Source of the DNA: an uncultured bacterium
GTDB taxonomy: Bacteria; Verrucomicrobiota; Kiritimatiellia; CAIKKV01; CALHGX01
Length of the DNA: 64,000 nucleotides
Direction of reading: 5' to 3'
NCBI GenBank assembly: GCA_938031185.1
Contig: CALHGX010000024.1
Location: 13,187-77,186, forward strand
Shown here: piece by piece, positions 27,183 to 35,156 of the stretch
Layout: the number at the start of each line of letters is the position of its first letter
Numbering within the stretch: the first letter of the stretch is position 1
Made by a program: the position numbers and the translations under genes
The notes under the pieces: generated by a model
The model's input: only the letters and a program-made list of their open reading frames with translations
The model's database searches: none
What the model was told of the DNA's origin: nothing

Positions 27183-27544
27183 CTCGTCCAATCCGTCCTT
27201 TCGTGCGCAATTTGTTTTTGCAGCAGAAAGTGTGCCTCGTTTGCATTTCGCTGAAAAATGCCGTTTTATCAACGCAACGCCACGTCGGCGGCCTCACCGG
27301 AACACCGCTCGCGCAATGTCCGAAGGCCTTCTGACGCCTTGATCGCCTTTCACGAGGGGATTGCATCTCTCACGCCACCCTGATTCCATTTTCATTCGTG
27401 AAAAAACTTGCCTGAAACGGGCCGGCGCGCCTCCCCGCTGTGGCCGCCTGTGATCTTTTTTTCGCTTGACGACCGGCACAAGGGGAAACGGCACCCCCAT
27501 GGGACTGCGCGTTTGGCGAAAGCTTGCACCGAATGAGCGCTTAT

Positions 27545-27560
27545 TGGCATTGTACCTGCT
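27545..27560 (+). promoter_or_regulatory. sigma-54 (-24/-12) type promoter candidate upstream of the minor-pilin operon
   Basis: TGGCATtgtacCTGCT at the end of a 390-bp intergenic region. Only 12 nt separate it from the ATG at 27573. Confidence 0.5.
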
Positions 27561-27572
27561 GTAGATTAGGGT

Positions 27573-27989
27573 ATGATGAACAAGACCAACCGAAGCGGGA
27601 TGACGCTGGTGGAGGTTACGGTCGCTTTGGCCATTCTGGCTTTCGTGCTGGGCGGCATCTATCAACTGATCGTCCAGGCCGGACGGCTGGGGCGGCTGGC
27701 GCGCGATCATTATGTCGCGGTGATCCTCGCCCAGAACCGCATTGAACGAGCGAAGGTTTTCGACTACCGAGACTTGCGCCTGCTCGCGGAAACCAATGTG
27801 CTGATGAACGCCAACGGCGCGCCGGACCTCGAAGGCCGATTCCGGCGCACGACAAGTATCAACACGAACTTCGCGCCCAATCTCACCGAAGTGGTTTGCA
27901 CCGTGGAAATCAAGGATTGGCGTACCGCCCAGTTTGCGGGTGAAGGGGAGCGCGTGGCCTCCCTCTTTACGCGGTATCTGGAACCATGA
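27573..27989 (+). CDS. prepilin-type minor pilin / pseudopilin (PilV/GspI-like size)
   Basis: 138 aa. Leader MMNKTNRSG|MTLVEVTVALAILAFVLGG with Gly-1 and Glu+5. Confidence 0.8.
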   Translation: MMNKTNRSGMTLVEVTVALAILAFVLGGIYQLIVQAGRLGRLARDHYVAVILAQNRIERAKVFDYRDLRLLAETNVLMNANGAPDLEGRFRRTTSINTNFAPNLTEVVCTVEIKDWRTAQFAGEGERVASLFTRYLEP

Positions 27990-30100
27990 GTGTGTCCACG
28001 ATCATGAAGCGACAGGGGTTCACACTGGCCGAATTGATTGTGGCCACCGCCATTCTCGTGCTGGCGGTCAGCGCCGCCTTGGGCGGGTTCGTATATCTCC
28101 TGCATGCGGACCGCCTGAACAGCATACAAACCGAGCTCGACGTGGACGCGCGCAAGGCCATGGAATGGCTCCGCCACGACTTGCGTTTGTCTGCCATGGA
28201 CAAGGTCGTTTTCTATCCGGCCGGCCCCGGTCCCTATACGGCCATCAGTTTCCCAATGGTCACGACCACCGGCACAACGCAAACTCTGCCCTACACGACC
28301 AACAACATGATCGCATGGAACAAGACGGTGATCTACCATGTATATACCGGCACGCCGCAACAGCTTCGCATGACCGTCTTCAGCCCCCGCAATCCGGCCC
28401 GCACGCCCGCGGAGCTGCAGCAACAGCTCAACACCGTGGTGGAAAGCGGTTCCGGCGCCACGGCGCTGGACGGATCCAACGCCACAACGCGCGTCATTTT
28501 TCAAAATCTGGTGCGGTGGACCGTACACCCTCAACGCGCCATTTTCGACGGTTACAGCCCTTCGCCGGGCCGCGTGATCAATCGCAACCTGGGATCCATC
28601 ATCACATCCAACGGCACCCACTACTACACCTTTCATATTATCGGTAAGAACCCCTTGAGCACGGGTTGCCGAGTCGGGATAGACACCCTGACCATCACGC
28701 CCTGCCAGTATCCCCGCGAGGGAGAGGCGCAGATTGCCACCAACAACCCAAATCCGGCGCTAACGAACATCTACATGGCCGCCGGCGACTGGAGCGGAAA
28801 CCACTATCTGCTCTATCCGGCGGACGCCACCGCCACCGGCACGTTCTTCACCCTCTCCATGCGCAACGACCAATGGGAGGAAACCAACTTCCGCGCCACG
28901 GGCGCCGTGACCGAAGACACCGTCGTGGAGTTCGACACCACCCTCACCCCTCGAGATTACGTGGTGCGCATCCTGCCCGGCTCGCAAGAGGCGTGGACGG
29001 CGGAGCGGCAAACCCTCAACCCGAGCTGGTCTTCAACGTCCGGGTTCATGCTCCGGGGCGCGGCGGTTCGCACCTTGCTTCGGGGGGGCACCATGATGGA
29101 GGGTGGCGCCATTCGACACGCGGCGCGGCTCCATTGCATCCATTTCTATTCGGCGGCGACCAGTCCGCTGAAAATCCGCGCCGCCTACATCGCCGAAGCT
29201 GCCGATCACATCAACTACACCATGGATGCCGTGGACGAGGGAATCGCGCTTGTGGTCGGGAGCGGCATCACCATCAATCCCGGAACCTATCGAAACATCG
29301 TCCTGCCATCCTCCCCGCCTTTTTTCCTCGACAAGGAAAAAAGTTACATTGTGACCTTCCTTGTGTCTTCGGACGCAAGCCAGGGCGACGCGCGCGCTTG
29401 GACGGAAACGCGCACCGGAAGCGGCGGCGTGCCGCCGCCCGTCGGTTCGTGGGTGATTCCGGGAGAATACGCCCCTGACGAGGCAACTTCCCGGGCCGCC
29501 TCATGGAGCGCCTACACCAACGTGGTGGCCGTCAATCGCATTTTCGCGATGGATCACTTGCACACGCTCGCGGCCACCAGTGGAGTTTTCACCTCACAGA
29601 TACTCGATACCCAACTGGCCGCGCCCCAATACATCGACATGACGTGGAACGCCATCGTTCCGGTGGGCACGACGCTGCGCATGCAGGTTCGCTCGGGTAA
29701 TCAGCCCGACCTGTCCGATGCGCCCCCGTGGACCAATACCACCCTCGTTCCGCTCATGTCCTCGGGCGGAGCCATCAATCCCGGCAACGGCCGTTATGTG
29801 CAGTTTCAAGCGCGCATGACGCCCAACAACAATTTCTTTACCGGTTCCGCCTCGGTGCCCACCCTGCGGGATGTCACCATTCGCTGGCATGGAGAGAACC
29901 GCGTGACGGACATCGCCGGCACTTTTTCCACCGGACCGGACCACGGCATCTTCGAGCTAACCATGGACGGCAAGCCGTTGGTGCGGGGCGTATCCATGGA
30001 CCTGACCATCTTCCGGAACGTGCGGCTGTTGGGAGGCGCAACCCGTCAACTAACGTCCACGGTCACCGGCGAAATCTACCCGCGGAACACGGGGAAGTGA
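27986..30100 (+). CDS. very large prepilin-type protein (704 aa)
   Basis: ATGA overlap with the previous gene. Leader MSVSTIMKRQG|FTLAELIVATAILVLAVSAAL. The remaining ~670 aa are a beta-rich, Thr/Asn/Gly-rich extracellular region without a recognised domain. Confidence 0.75.
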   Translation: MSVSTIMKRQGFTLAELIVATAILVLAVSAALGGFVYLLHADRLNSIQTELDVDARKAMEWLRHDLRLSAMDKVVFYPAGPGPYTAISFPMVTTTGTTQTLPYTTNNMIAWNKTVIYHVYTGTPQQLRMTVFSPRNPARTPAELQQQLNTVVESGSGATALDGSNATTRVIFQNLVRWTVHPQRAIFDGYSPSPGRVINRNLGSIITSNGTHYYTFHIIGKNPLSTGCRVGIDTLTITPCQYPREGEAQIATNNPNPALTNIYMAAGDWSGNHYLLYPADATATGTFFTLSMRNDQWEETNFRATGAVTEDTVVEFDTTLTPRDYVVRILPGSQEAWTAERQTLNPSWSSTSGFMLRGAAVRTLLRGGTMMEGGAIRHAARLHCIHFYSAATSPLKIRAAYIAEAADHINYTMDAVDEGIALVVGSGITINPGTYRNIVLPSSPPFFLDKEKSYIVTFLVSSDASQGDARAWTETRTGSGGVPPPVGSWVIPGEYAPDEATSRAASWSAYTNVVAVNRIFAMDHLHTLAATSGVFTSQILDTQLAAPQYIDMTWNAIVPVGTTLRMQVRSGNQPDLSDAPPWTNTTLVPLMSSGGAINPGNGRYVQFQARMTPNNNFFTGSASVPTLRDVTIRWHGENRVTDIAGTFSTGPDHGIFELTMDGKPLVRGVSMDLTIFRNVRLLGGATRQLTSTVTGEIYPRNTGK

Positions 30101-30114
30101 AGGGGGAGCGCAAC

Positions 30115-31287
30115 ATGAACGCGATCGACTACAAGAGAGTACGCGACGGTTCGGCGCTGCTGACCGTCGCAGTGGTGCTGGGCGTGCTGGTGATCGTGGT
30201 AGGAGCCATGATGACGTACGCCCTCAACACACCCTACGTCACGCGGCGCATCGCCAATCAAATTCGCGCCAAGAACATCGCCGAAGCCGGCGCCAACGAG
30301 GCGTACAGCATCCTGGCGACCAACTGGTCCCTGCGGCACAATCCCAGCGCTTTCCCGGCCAAGGATTTTCGCGGAGGGCGGTTCGATGCCGATGTGCAGC
30401 CCATCGGAACGGCGCTGGCCATCATTACCAGCACGGGCATCTACCGAGAAGCCACGGCCGTGGCTGTGCTCGACATCCGCAATCACAATGCCTCAACCAA
30501 CGAAACGTCCACCAATAATCCGCCCAACGCGTTCAGCTACGCCATTGTTTGCGGCGGGCAGATGACGTGGAGCGGCAGCGGCCTTACGGATGTCTCCGGC
30601 GGATGGATCCACAGCAACTACAAATACAAGATGACCGGCAGCCAGGTGATTTCCGGCAACGTCTCTTGTGTGAACGAAATTTGGAGCGTCGGCTCGACGG
30701 AAATTCGCGGCACGGCCCGGGCGCCGAACTGGAAAGGCAGCAGCCCGGGGAACGTAACGGGTGGGGGCACGACCGCCCCGGTCCCGTTGGTGCCGATTCC
30801 GAACATTGTATTGGATCCCTACCTGCAATGGGCACAAGCAAACGGGCAGGTTTATAACGGCAACGTCCATATTTCCGGGGCGAGCGATTACGTGGTGCCC
30901 GGCGGCGTCATGTGGGTCAACGGCAACTTTAAATGGAGCGGGTCCGGCCGCTTCATCGGTTGCGTAATCGCCACCAAGGATATCAATTTCACCGGCAGCG
31001 GCCCGCAGGTGAAAGTCGGCCGGCTGCCGGCTTTCATCAGTCGCGACGGGAACATCGACATCAGCGGCAGCGGGAATATCAACGGCCTCATCTACGCCAA
31101 GACAGGCAGCTTCGACAAGAGCGGCAACGGGGTCATTCGCGGATCCGTCATCGCGGCGAACGAATTCCGAAAGACCGGTGGCGCGGACGTCTTCATCTAC
31201 GAAGACTCCACGCCCACACCACCCGGCGGCGGCGGGGAAACGCCACTCGGCGGAGATTTGGTCGGTGTCGCCGGCTGGCAGCAATAG
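30115..31287 (+). CDS. PilX-N-like pilus assembly protein with Gly-rich beta-helix-like C-terminal region
   Basis: Inside ORF 29728..31287. The ATG at 30115 lies 7 nt after aggggga. The N-terminus DGSALLTVAVVLGVLVIVVGAMMTYALN...AKNIAEAGANEAYSIL resembles the PilX N-terminal domain. There is no Gly-1/Glu+5 prepilin site. The C-terminus has repeated xGSGxxxG segments. Confidence 0.55.
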   Translation: MNAIDYKRVRDGSALLTVAVVLGVLVIVVGAMMTYALNTPYVTRRIANQIRAKNIAEAGANEAYSILATNWSLRHNPSAFPAKDFRGGRFDADVQPIGTALAIITSTGIYREATAVAVLDIRNHNASTNETSTNNPPNAFSYAIVCGGQMTWSGSGLTDVSGGWIHSNYKYKMTGSQVISGNVSCVNEIWSVGSTEIRGTARAPNWKGSSPGNVTGGGTTAPVPLVPIPNIVLDPYLQWAQANGQVYNGNVHISGASDYVVPGGVMWVNGNFKWSGSGRFIGCVIATKDINFTGSGPQVKVGRLPAFISRDGNIDISGSGNINGLIYAKTGSFDKSGNGVIRGSVIAANEFRKTGGADVFIYEDSTPTPPGGGGETPLGGDLVGVAGWQQ

Positions 31288-31453
31288 GCCGTTTTCACGG
31301 CGTGGCGCCGGCGGTTGTGGAGGCCGTGGAGGTTCATTCTTTGTGGCGTTGCGTTTTGAAAAGAGACCAGGTAGTATCGCGCCGAATGGGGTAAGGCTTT
31401 GAGTTCGCATTCCCCCGCGTGTTGATCCGACTTGAGGCCAGGTAGGGCAAGAA

Positions 31454-32488
31454 ATGCAGAAAGTTGTTGCGCTTGCCAAGCGATTCCGTCACGTCCCGTC
31501 GGAAGTGATCGCGCTGGACTTCGGCGCGTCAGCCACCAAGGCCGTGCGCGCCCGGCGGCACCGTAATTCCATCACCATCACGGCCGTCGACTTGCTGCCC
31601 CCCGCGCCGTTTGCAGTGACGGACAAATCCACGCCGGACGCGGCCGATGTCGCGTTTGAACTGCCCAAAGCGTTACGCTGTCGGTACGCGGCGCTGCTGT
31701 TGCCCGGCGAAGGCGCGGTCGTGAAACTGTTGAGTTTGCCCGGGCACGGACCGGAAAACCCGGAACAGATACAGGAACTCATGGGGCTTTCCGATTCCGC
31801 CGCCTATCGCATGGCCTACGAAAAGCTGCCGGAAGATCACGGTCGGTCGGAGACGCGATTCCTCGCTGTCGGTCTGCCCGAGAACCAGGCGCAATCGGCT
31901 CTGGGGCTTTTCCCGCAAGGCGCGCCGGCGGCTCGATCGATAGAGATTTCGGGCCTGGCAAGCCTGAACGCCTTCCTGTGCGGCCTGGGGAAAAACCTCA
32001 CGGAGCAGTGCGTGGCCGTCGCCGATTTCGGATACCGCATCACAACCCTCAGCATGGTCAACAAGGGCGCGATTGTGTTGATCCGCAAGTTCGACCTCGG
32101 AACCGAGCAACTCCACAGGGGCATCCAGAAGAAGTTTGGCGTGGACCCTGAAACCGCCGAAGGCATTGTGCTGGAACGTTCGTTTGACATCTCGGGCCTC
32201 GTCAAGGAAACGCTCCGGCCATTCGTGCAACAACTGGTCATCTCGCGCGATTTTGTTGAGCGGCGAGAAAATTGCAGAGTGGAAAGGCTCTACGCCTCCG
32301 GCGGCGCCGCGCACATGCGGGAATGGATGAATGACATCGCCTCTTCGTCCGGCCTGGAGGCGCAGGCGTGGAACCCCTTTGAAAACCTGTCTGTTGCCCC
32401 GGGCGCGATGTCCGAGCGCGTGCAGGGGCAGGAAGGACGTTTCGCGGCGGCCGTGGGAGGCGCGCTGGCATTCCTCGAGGCATCATGA
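31454..32488 (+). CDS. pilM: type IV pilus assembly protein PilM-like (actin-fold)
   Basis: 344 aa. VIALDFGASATKAVRAR matches the PilM phosphate-1-like motif. It is followed by PilN/O-like genes joined by ATGA overlaps. Confidence 0.7.
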   Translation: MQKVVALAKRFRHVPSEVIALDFGASATKAVRARRHRNSITITAVDLLPPAPFAVTDKSTPDAADVAFELPKALRCRYAALLLPGEGAVVKLLSLPGHGPENPEQIQELMGLSDSAAYRMAYEKLPEDHGRSETRFLAVGLPENQAQSALGLFPQGAPAARSIEISGLASLNAFLCGLGKNLTEQCVAVADFGYRITTLSMVNKGAIVLIRKFDLGTEQLHRGIQKKFGVDPETAEGIVLERSFDISGLVKETLRPFVQQLVISRDFVERRENCRVERLYASGGAAHMREWMNDIASSSGLEAQAWNPFENLSVAPGAMSERVQGQEGRFAAAVGGALAFLEAS

Positions 32489-33105
32489 GCGTGCGCGTCA
32501 ATCTTATTCTGGATTCCGAGATCCGCAGCGGACAACCCGTATGGGTCACGGGGCTGATCAAGGCCCTGCCCTTCGCGGCGCTGACCGTTTTCGCGCTGGG
32601 CGCTCTTTCTTTCTTCGGATCCTATACCGCGCTGCGCAGGGAAGTGGCCATTGCGAAAGAAGCCTGGCAGCAGACCGAGCCGAAGTACTTGGAAGCCGTG
32701 CGCTTGAAGGCCGGCATTGCGGTGGAACGCGAGGTGCTGCGAGAACTGAAGAGCTGGGGCAAGGCGCGGATCGAGTGGAGCAGCCAACTCGAAGAAATGG
32801 CGCGCCTTATGCCCGCCACCATCCAGCTTACGGAACTCATGATCATCCAGCGGTTGCAAATGGGACCCAAAGCGCCCGAGCGGGCCTTCGAGTTGCGGAT
32901 GTCGGGCAAAACCGGCGGGCTGCAACCAGAAGCCAATGTAACCGAATTTCAAAGCCTTTTCTTGATCCATCCGTTCTTCAATCAGACGGTTACGAACGCG
33001 GCGATTCCTGCCGGCTCCTTCAAACAGGATCCGTCGCGCAACGCCGCTCGGACCGATCGCGTCTTTGAACTGGTCGTCAAATACAGACCGCGCGCATTCG
33101 AATGA
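32485..33105 (+). CDS. pilN: PilN-like bitopic inner-membrane pilus alignment protein
   Basis: 206 aa with an ATGA overlap with pilM. It has a short cytoplasmic N-terminus (MSVRVNLILDSE), a single TM helix and a periplasmic coiled coil. Position and topology match PilN. Confidence 0.55.
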   Translation: MSVRVNLILDSEIRSGQPVWVTGLIKALPFAALTVFALGALSFFGSYTALRREVAIAKEAWQQTEPKYLEAVRLKAGIAVEREVLRELKSWGKARIEWSSQLEEMARLMPATIQLTELMIIQRLQMGPKAPERAFELRMSGKTGGLQPEANVTEFQSLFLIHPFFNQTVTNAAIPAGSFKQDPSRNAARTDRVFELVVKYRPRAFE

Positions 33106-33761
33106 AACTGCCGACTAACAGCAGGGAACGGGCGCAGGCGCTGACGTTGCTGGGTCTCGGCGCATTGGCCGTGCTCTATGCCGTTGTTCAGTTGGGCATC
33201 ATGCCCGTGCTCCGTTCCAACCGCGAAGCGCGTGTGCTCCTGCAGAATCTCCGCGAAAAAACCCGCAAGGCGCGAATTGAGCTGGCGACCCAACATGAAA
33301 CGCGCATGCAGCACGATCAAATCACGGCGGAAATCGAGGCGCTTTCCGAACAATTCGTCTTGAAGCCGGTCTTGGGATCATACGATCTGGGCGCGCGCGA
33401 GATGATCGAGAATGCCGTGAAGGACACGGGATTCCAGGTGGCCAGCCTCGTGGAAACGAGCTTCCAGGAAATGCCGCCAAAGAAAACGCAGACCCCTTAC
33501 GCTTTCCGCGGTTACGGAATGCAGGTGCGCGGAACCGCCTCCTACCACGATCTGATCCTTGTGCTCCGACGCATAGAAACACGGAACCCCTTCCTGACGA
33601 TCACCGAATTGACCATATCGCCCCAGGCCGAGGATCCGGAACGGCATCGCGTCGCATTCCAGGTGGTCTGGCCGGTCCGCGCGGAAGCGGCCGCGGTCCG
33701 GCTGCCGCCGGCCGCTGCGCCGGTCACTTCCCGGGCCGCTAATGATGGTTTCGCGTTATGA
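33102..33761 (+). CDS. pilO: PilO/GspM-like bitopic inner-membrane protein
   Basis: 219 aa with an ATGA overlap. It has a single TM helix, a coiled coil, and then a ferredoxin-like segment ending YHDLILVLRRIETRNPFLTITELTI, typical of PilO. Confidence 0.55.
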   Translation: MKLPTNSRERAQALTLLGLGALAVLYAVVQLGIMPVLRSNREARVLLQNLREKTRKARIELATQHETRMQHDQITAEIEALSEQFVLKPVLGSYDLGAREMIENAVKDTGFQVASLVETSFQEMPPKKTQTPYAFRGYGMQVRGTASYHDLILVLRRIETRNPFLTITELTISPQAEDPERHRVAFQVVWPVRAEAAAVRLPPAAAPVTSRAANDGFAL

Positions 33762-34384
33762 ACCGCCATTGGAACATACTCGTGCTGCTTGCGTGGGCCG
33801 GCGTGGCAATGACCGCCATGGGCGCAAGCCGTTTCGACGCTCCAGCCCCGGGAGAGACGCCTTCGCCAGCGATCACGGTGGATGTGGCGGAGCGTCCGCC
33901 CTTCTCCGGATCGGACGCCCCCCTGCCGGAAGGCTCGGAGGAAGACATCGCGACTCCGGATCATCCGGACCATTCCGAGATGGCGGCAACCGCGGCCGCC
34001 GTCGTGCAACCCGCGCCGGAAATCGCTTCAGACGCGGAGTCGGTCGCCGACTACCGCGATCCTTTTTGGCCGACGGGATATATCCCCAAGCGCCTTCGAA
34101 TATCTCGTTCAGCGGCCACGGCTGCGCGTGAATTTAATCCTCTCTTGCCCAACTGGGATGAGGCCCGCAAGCGGCTGTACGTTCGCGGCGTAAGCCGTGT
34201 CGGCCTGGGACGCGACGGGATTGAAGCCCGTTATCTTGGCATGGTCAACGGCCGCTGGGTTGAGGCGGGCGACATCGTCAGCGTGCGTTACGAGGGCAAC
34301 GTGTATCGATGGCAAATCCGCGCAATTGACGCACAGGGATTAAGATTGATCAGGCTGAATGTGACAAGTGAAGCGGAAGATTGA
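33758..34384 (+). CDS. PilP-like periplasmic protein
   Basis: 208 aa with an ATGA overlap. It has a signal peptide, a Pro/Ala/Glu-rich linker and a C-terminal beta segment VNGRWVEAGDIVSVRYEGNVYRWQIRAIDAQGLRLIRL resembling the PilP core. Assigned mainly by position. Confidence 0.4.
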   Translation: MNRHWNILVLLAWAGVAMTAMGASRFDAPAPGETPSPAITVDVAERPPFSGSDAPLPEGSEEDIATPDHPDHSEMAATAAAVVQPAPEIASDAESVADYRDPFWPTGYIPKRLRISRSAATAAREFNPLLPNWDEARKRLYVRGVSRVGLGRDGIEARYLGMVNGRWVEAGDIVSVRYEGNVYRWQIRAIDAQGLRLIRLNVTSEAED

Positions 34385-34407
34385 AACGCTCAGAGAGGAA
34401 GCAAGTC

Positions 34408-35049
34408 ATGAAACGACTCGAACGCAAAACAAGCGTATTTCGGCTGCTGCTTGCGTTAACAGCCATCCTTTGTGGGGGGGGCTGCGAAGATGAACCAGAA
34501 ACGAGCGAATTGGACCTCTTCTTCGCCCAGCACCCTTTCATTACGGATCCGCGTAATGACGTCACGCGCAAGCTCGACGTAGCGCCCCAAGACGCAACCG
34601 TCACCTACCCAGGGCAAAAAATCGCCTTCACCGTTCTAGGCGGCAAGAAGGATTATCGTTGGGCCGTCGCAATTCCGGGTCGCGGAACCATTCACTCCAC
34701 CGGACCAAATCAGGCAATTTACACCGTGCTGATTGTGGCGCCCAATACCGTTATCGCCTACGACGACGACGGCCGCACAGGCATTTCGGAAATAAAAGCC
34801 TCAACTTCCTCGCTGACCGCCTCCGCCAGCCCCAGTAGCCTTGCCGTGAATGGCGATATGGCCGTCATAACCGTTAGCGGCGGGTACCCGCCGTACGTTT
34901 GGACCGTGGTGGATGCCAGTCTTGGACACTTGGTGGGCGGAAACACGGGCGTTAGCGTGGTATACGTGCGCGATCATTCAGGAGACAACGCCGTGCAGGT
35001 GCAAGACCAGGCCGGCAACGTGGCAAACGTCGTCATAACGCAACCGTAA
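34408..35049 (+). CDS. probable lipoprotein with two Ig-like modules
   Basis: ORF 34381..35049. Start at ATG 34408. MKRLERKTSVFRLLLALTAILCGGGC is a signal sequence with Cys. Two similar beta modules are present (ATVTYPGQKIAFTVLGGKKDYRWAV and SSLAVNGDMAVITVSGGYPPYVWTV). Confidence 0.5.
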   Translation: MKRLERKTSVFRLLLALTAILCGGGCEDEPETSELDLFFAQHPFITDPRNDVTRKLDVAPQDATVTYPGQKIAFTVLGGKKDYRWAVAIPGRGTIHSTGPNQAIYTVLIVAPNTVIAYDDDGRTGISEIKASTSSLTASASPSSLAVNGDMAVITVSGGYPPYVWTVVDASLGHLVGGNTGVSVVYVRDHSGDNAVQVQDQAGNVANVVITQP

Positions 35050-35156
35050 GCGGCCGGCTCCAGTTTTCGTCCGGCTTCCGAACGAAGCACGAAAAAAGGT
35101 GTTTATCAGCAAGGCTGGCAAGAGCAGCGGCCTCAACGACAGGCTGTGGAGGGGGC

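Noticed and set aside
27513-27527. Second sigma-54-like string TGGCGAaagctTGCAC, 30 nt upstream of the 27545 site.
   Set aside because: The GG-to-GC spacing is one nucleotide short of the canonical -24/-12 geometry. TGCACC could alternatively be an NtrC-type half-site, but no inverted partner was found.
27183-27544. Searched the 390-bp intergenic region, and the regions upstream of the other two sigma-54 sites, for a shared upstream activator sequence.
   Set aside because: Only loose similarities turned up (a cggttg string upstream of the 12826 and 17455 sites, T-rich tracts), at inconsistent distances. No convincing common inverted repeat could be established by eye.
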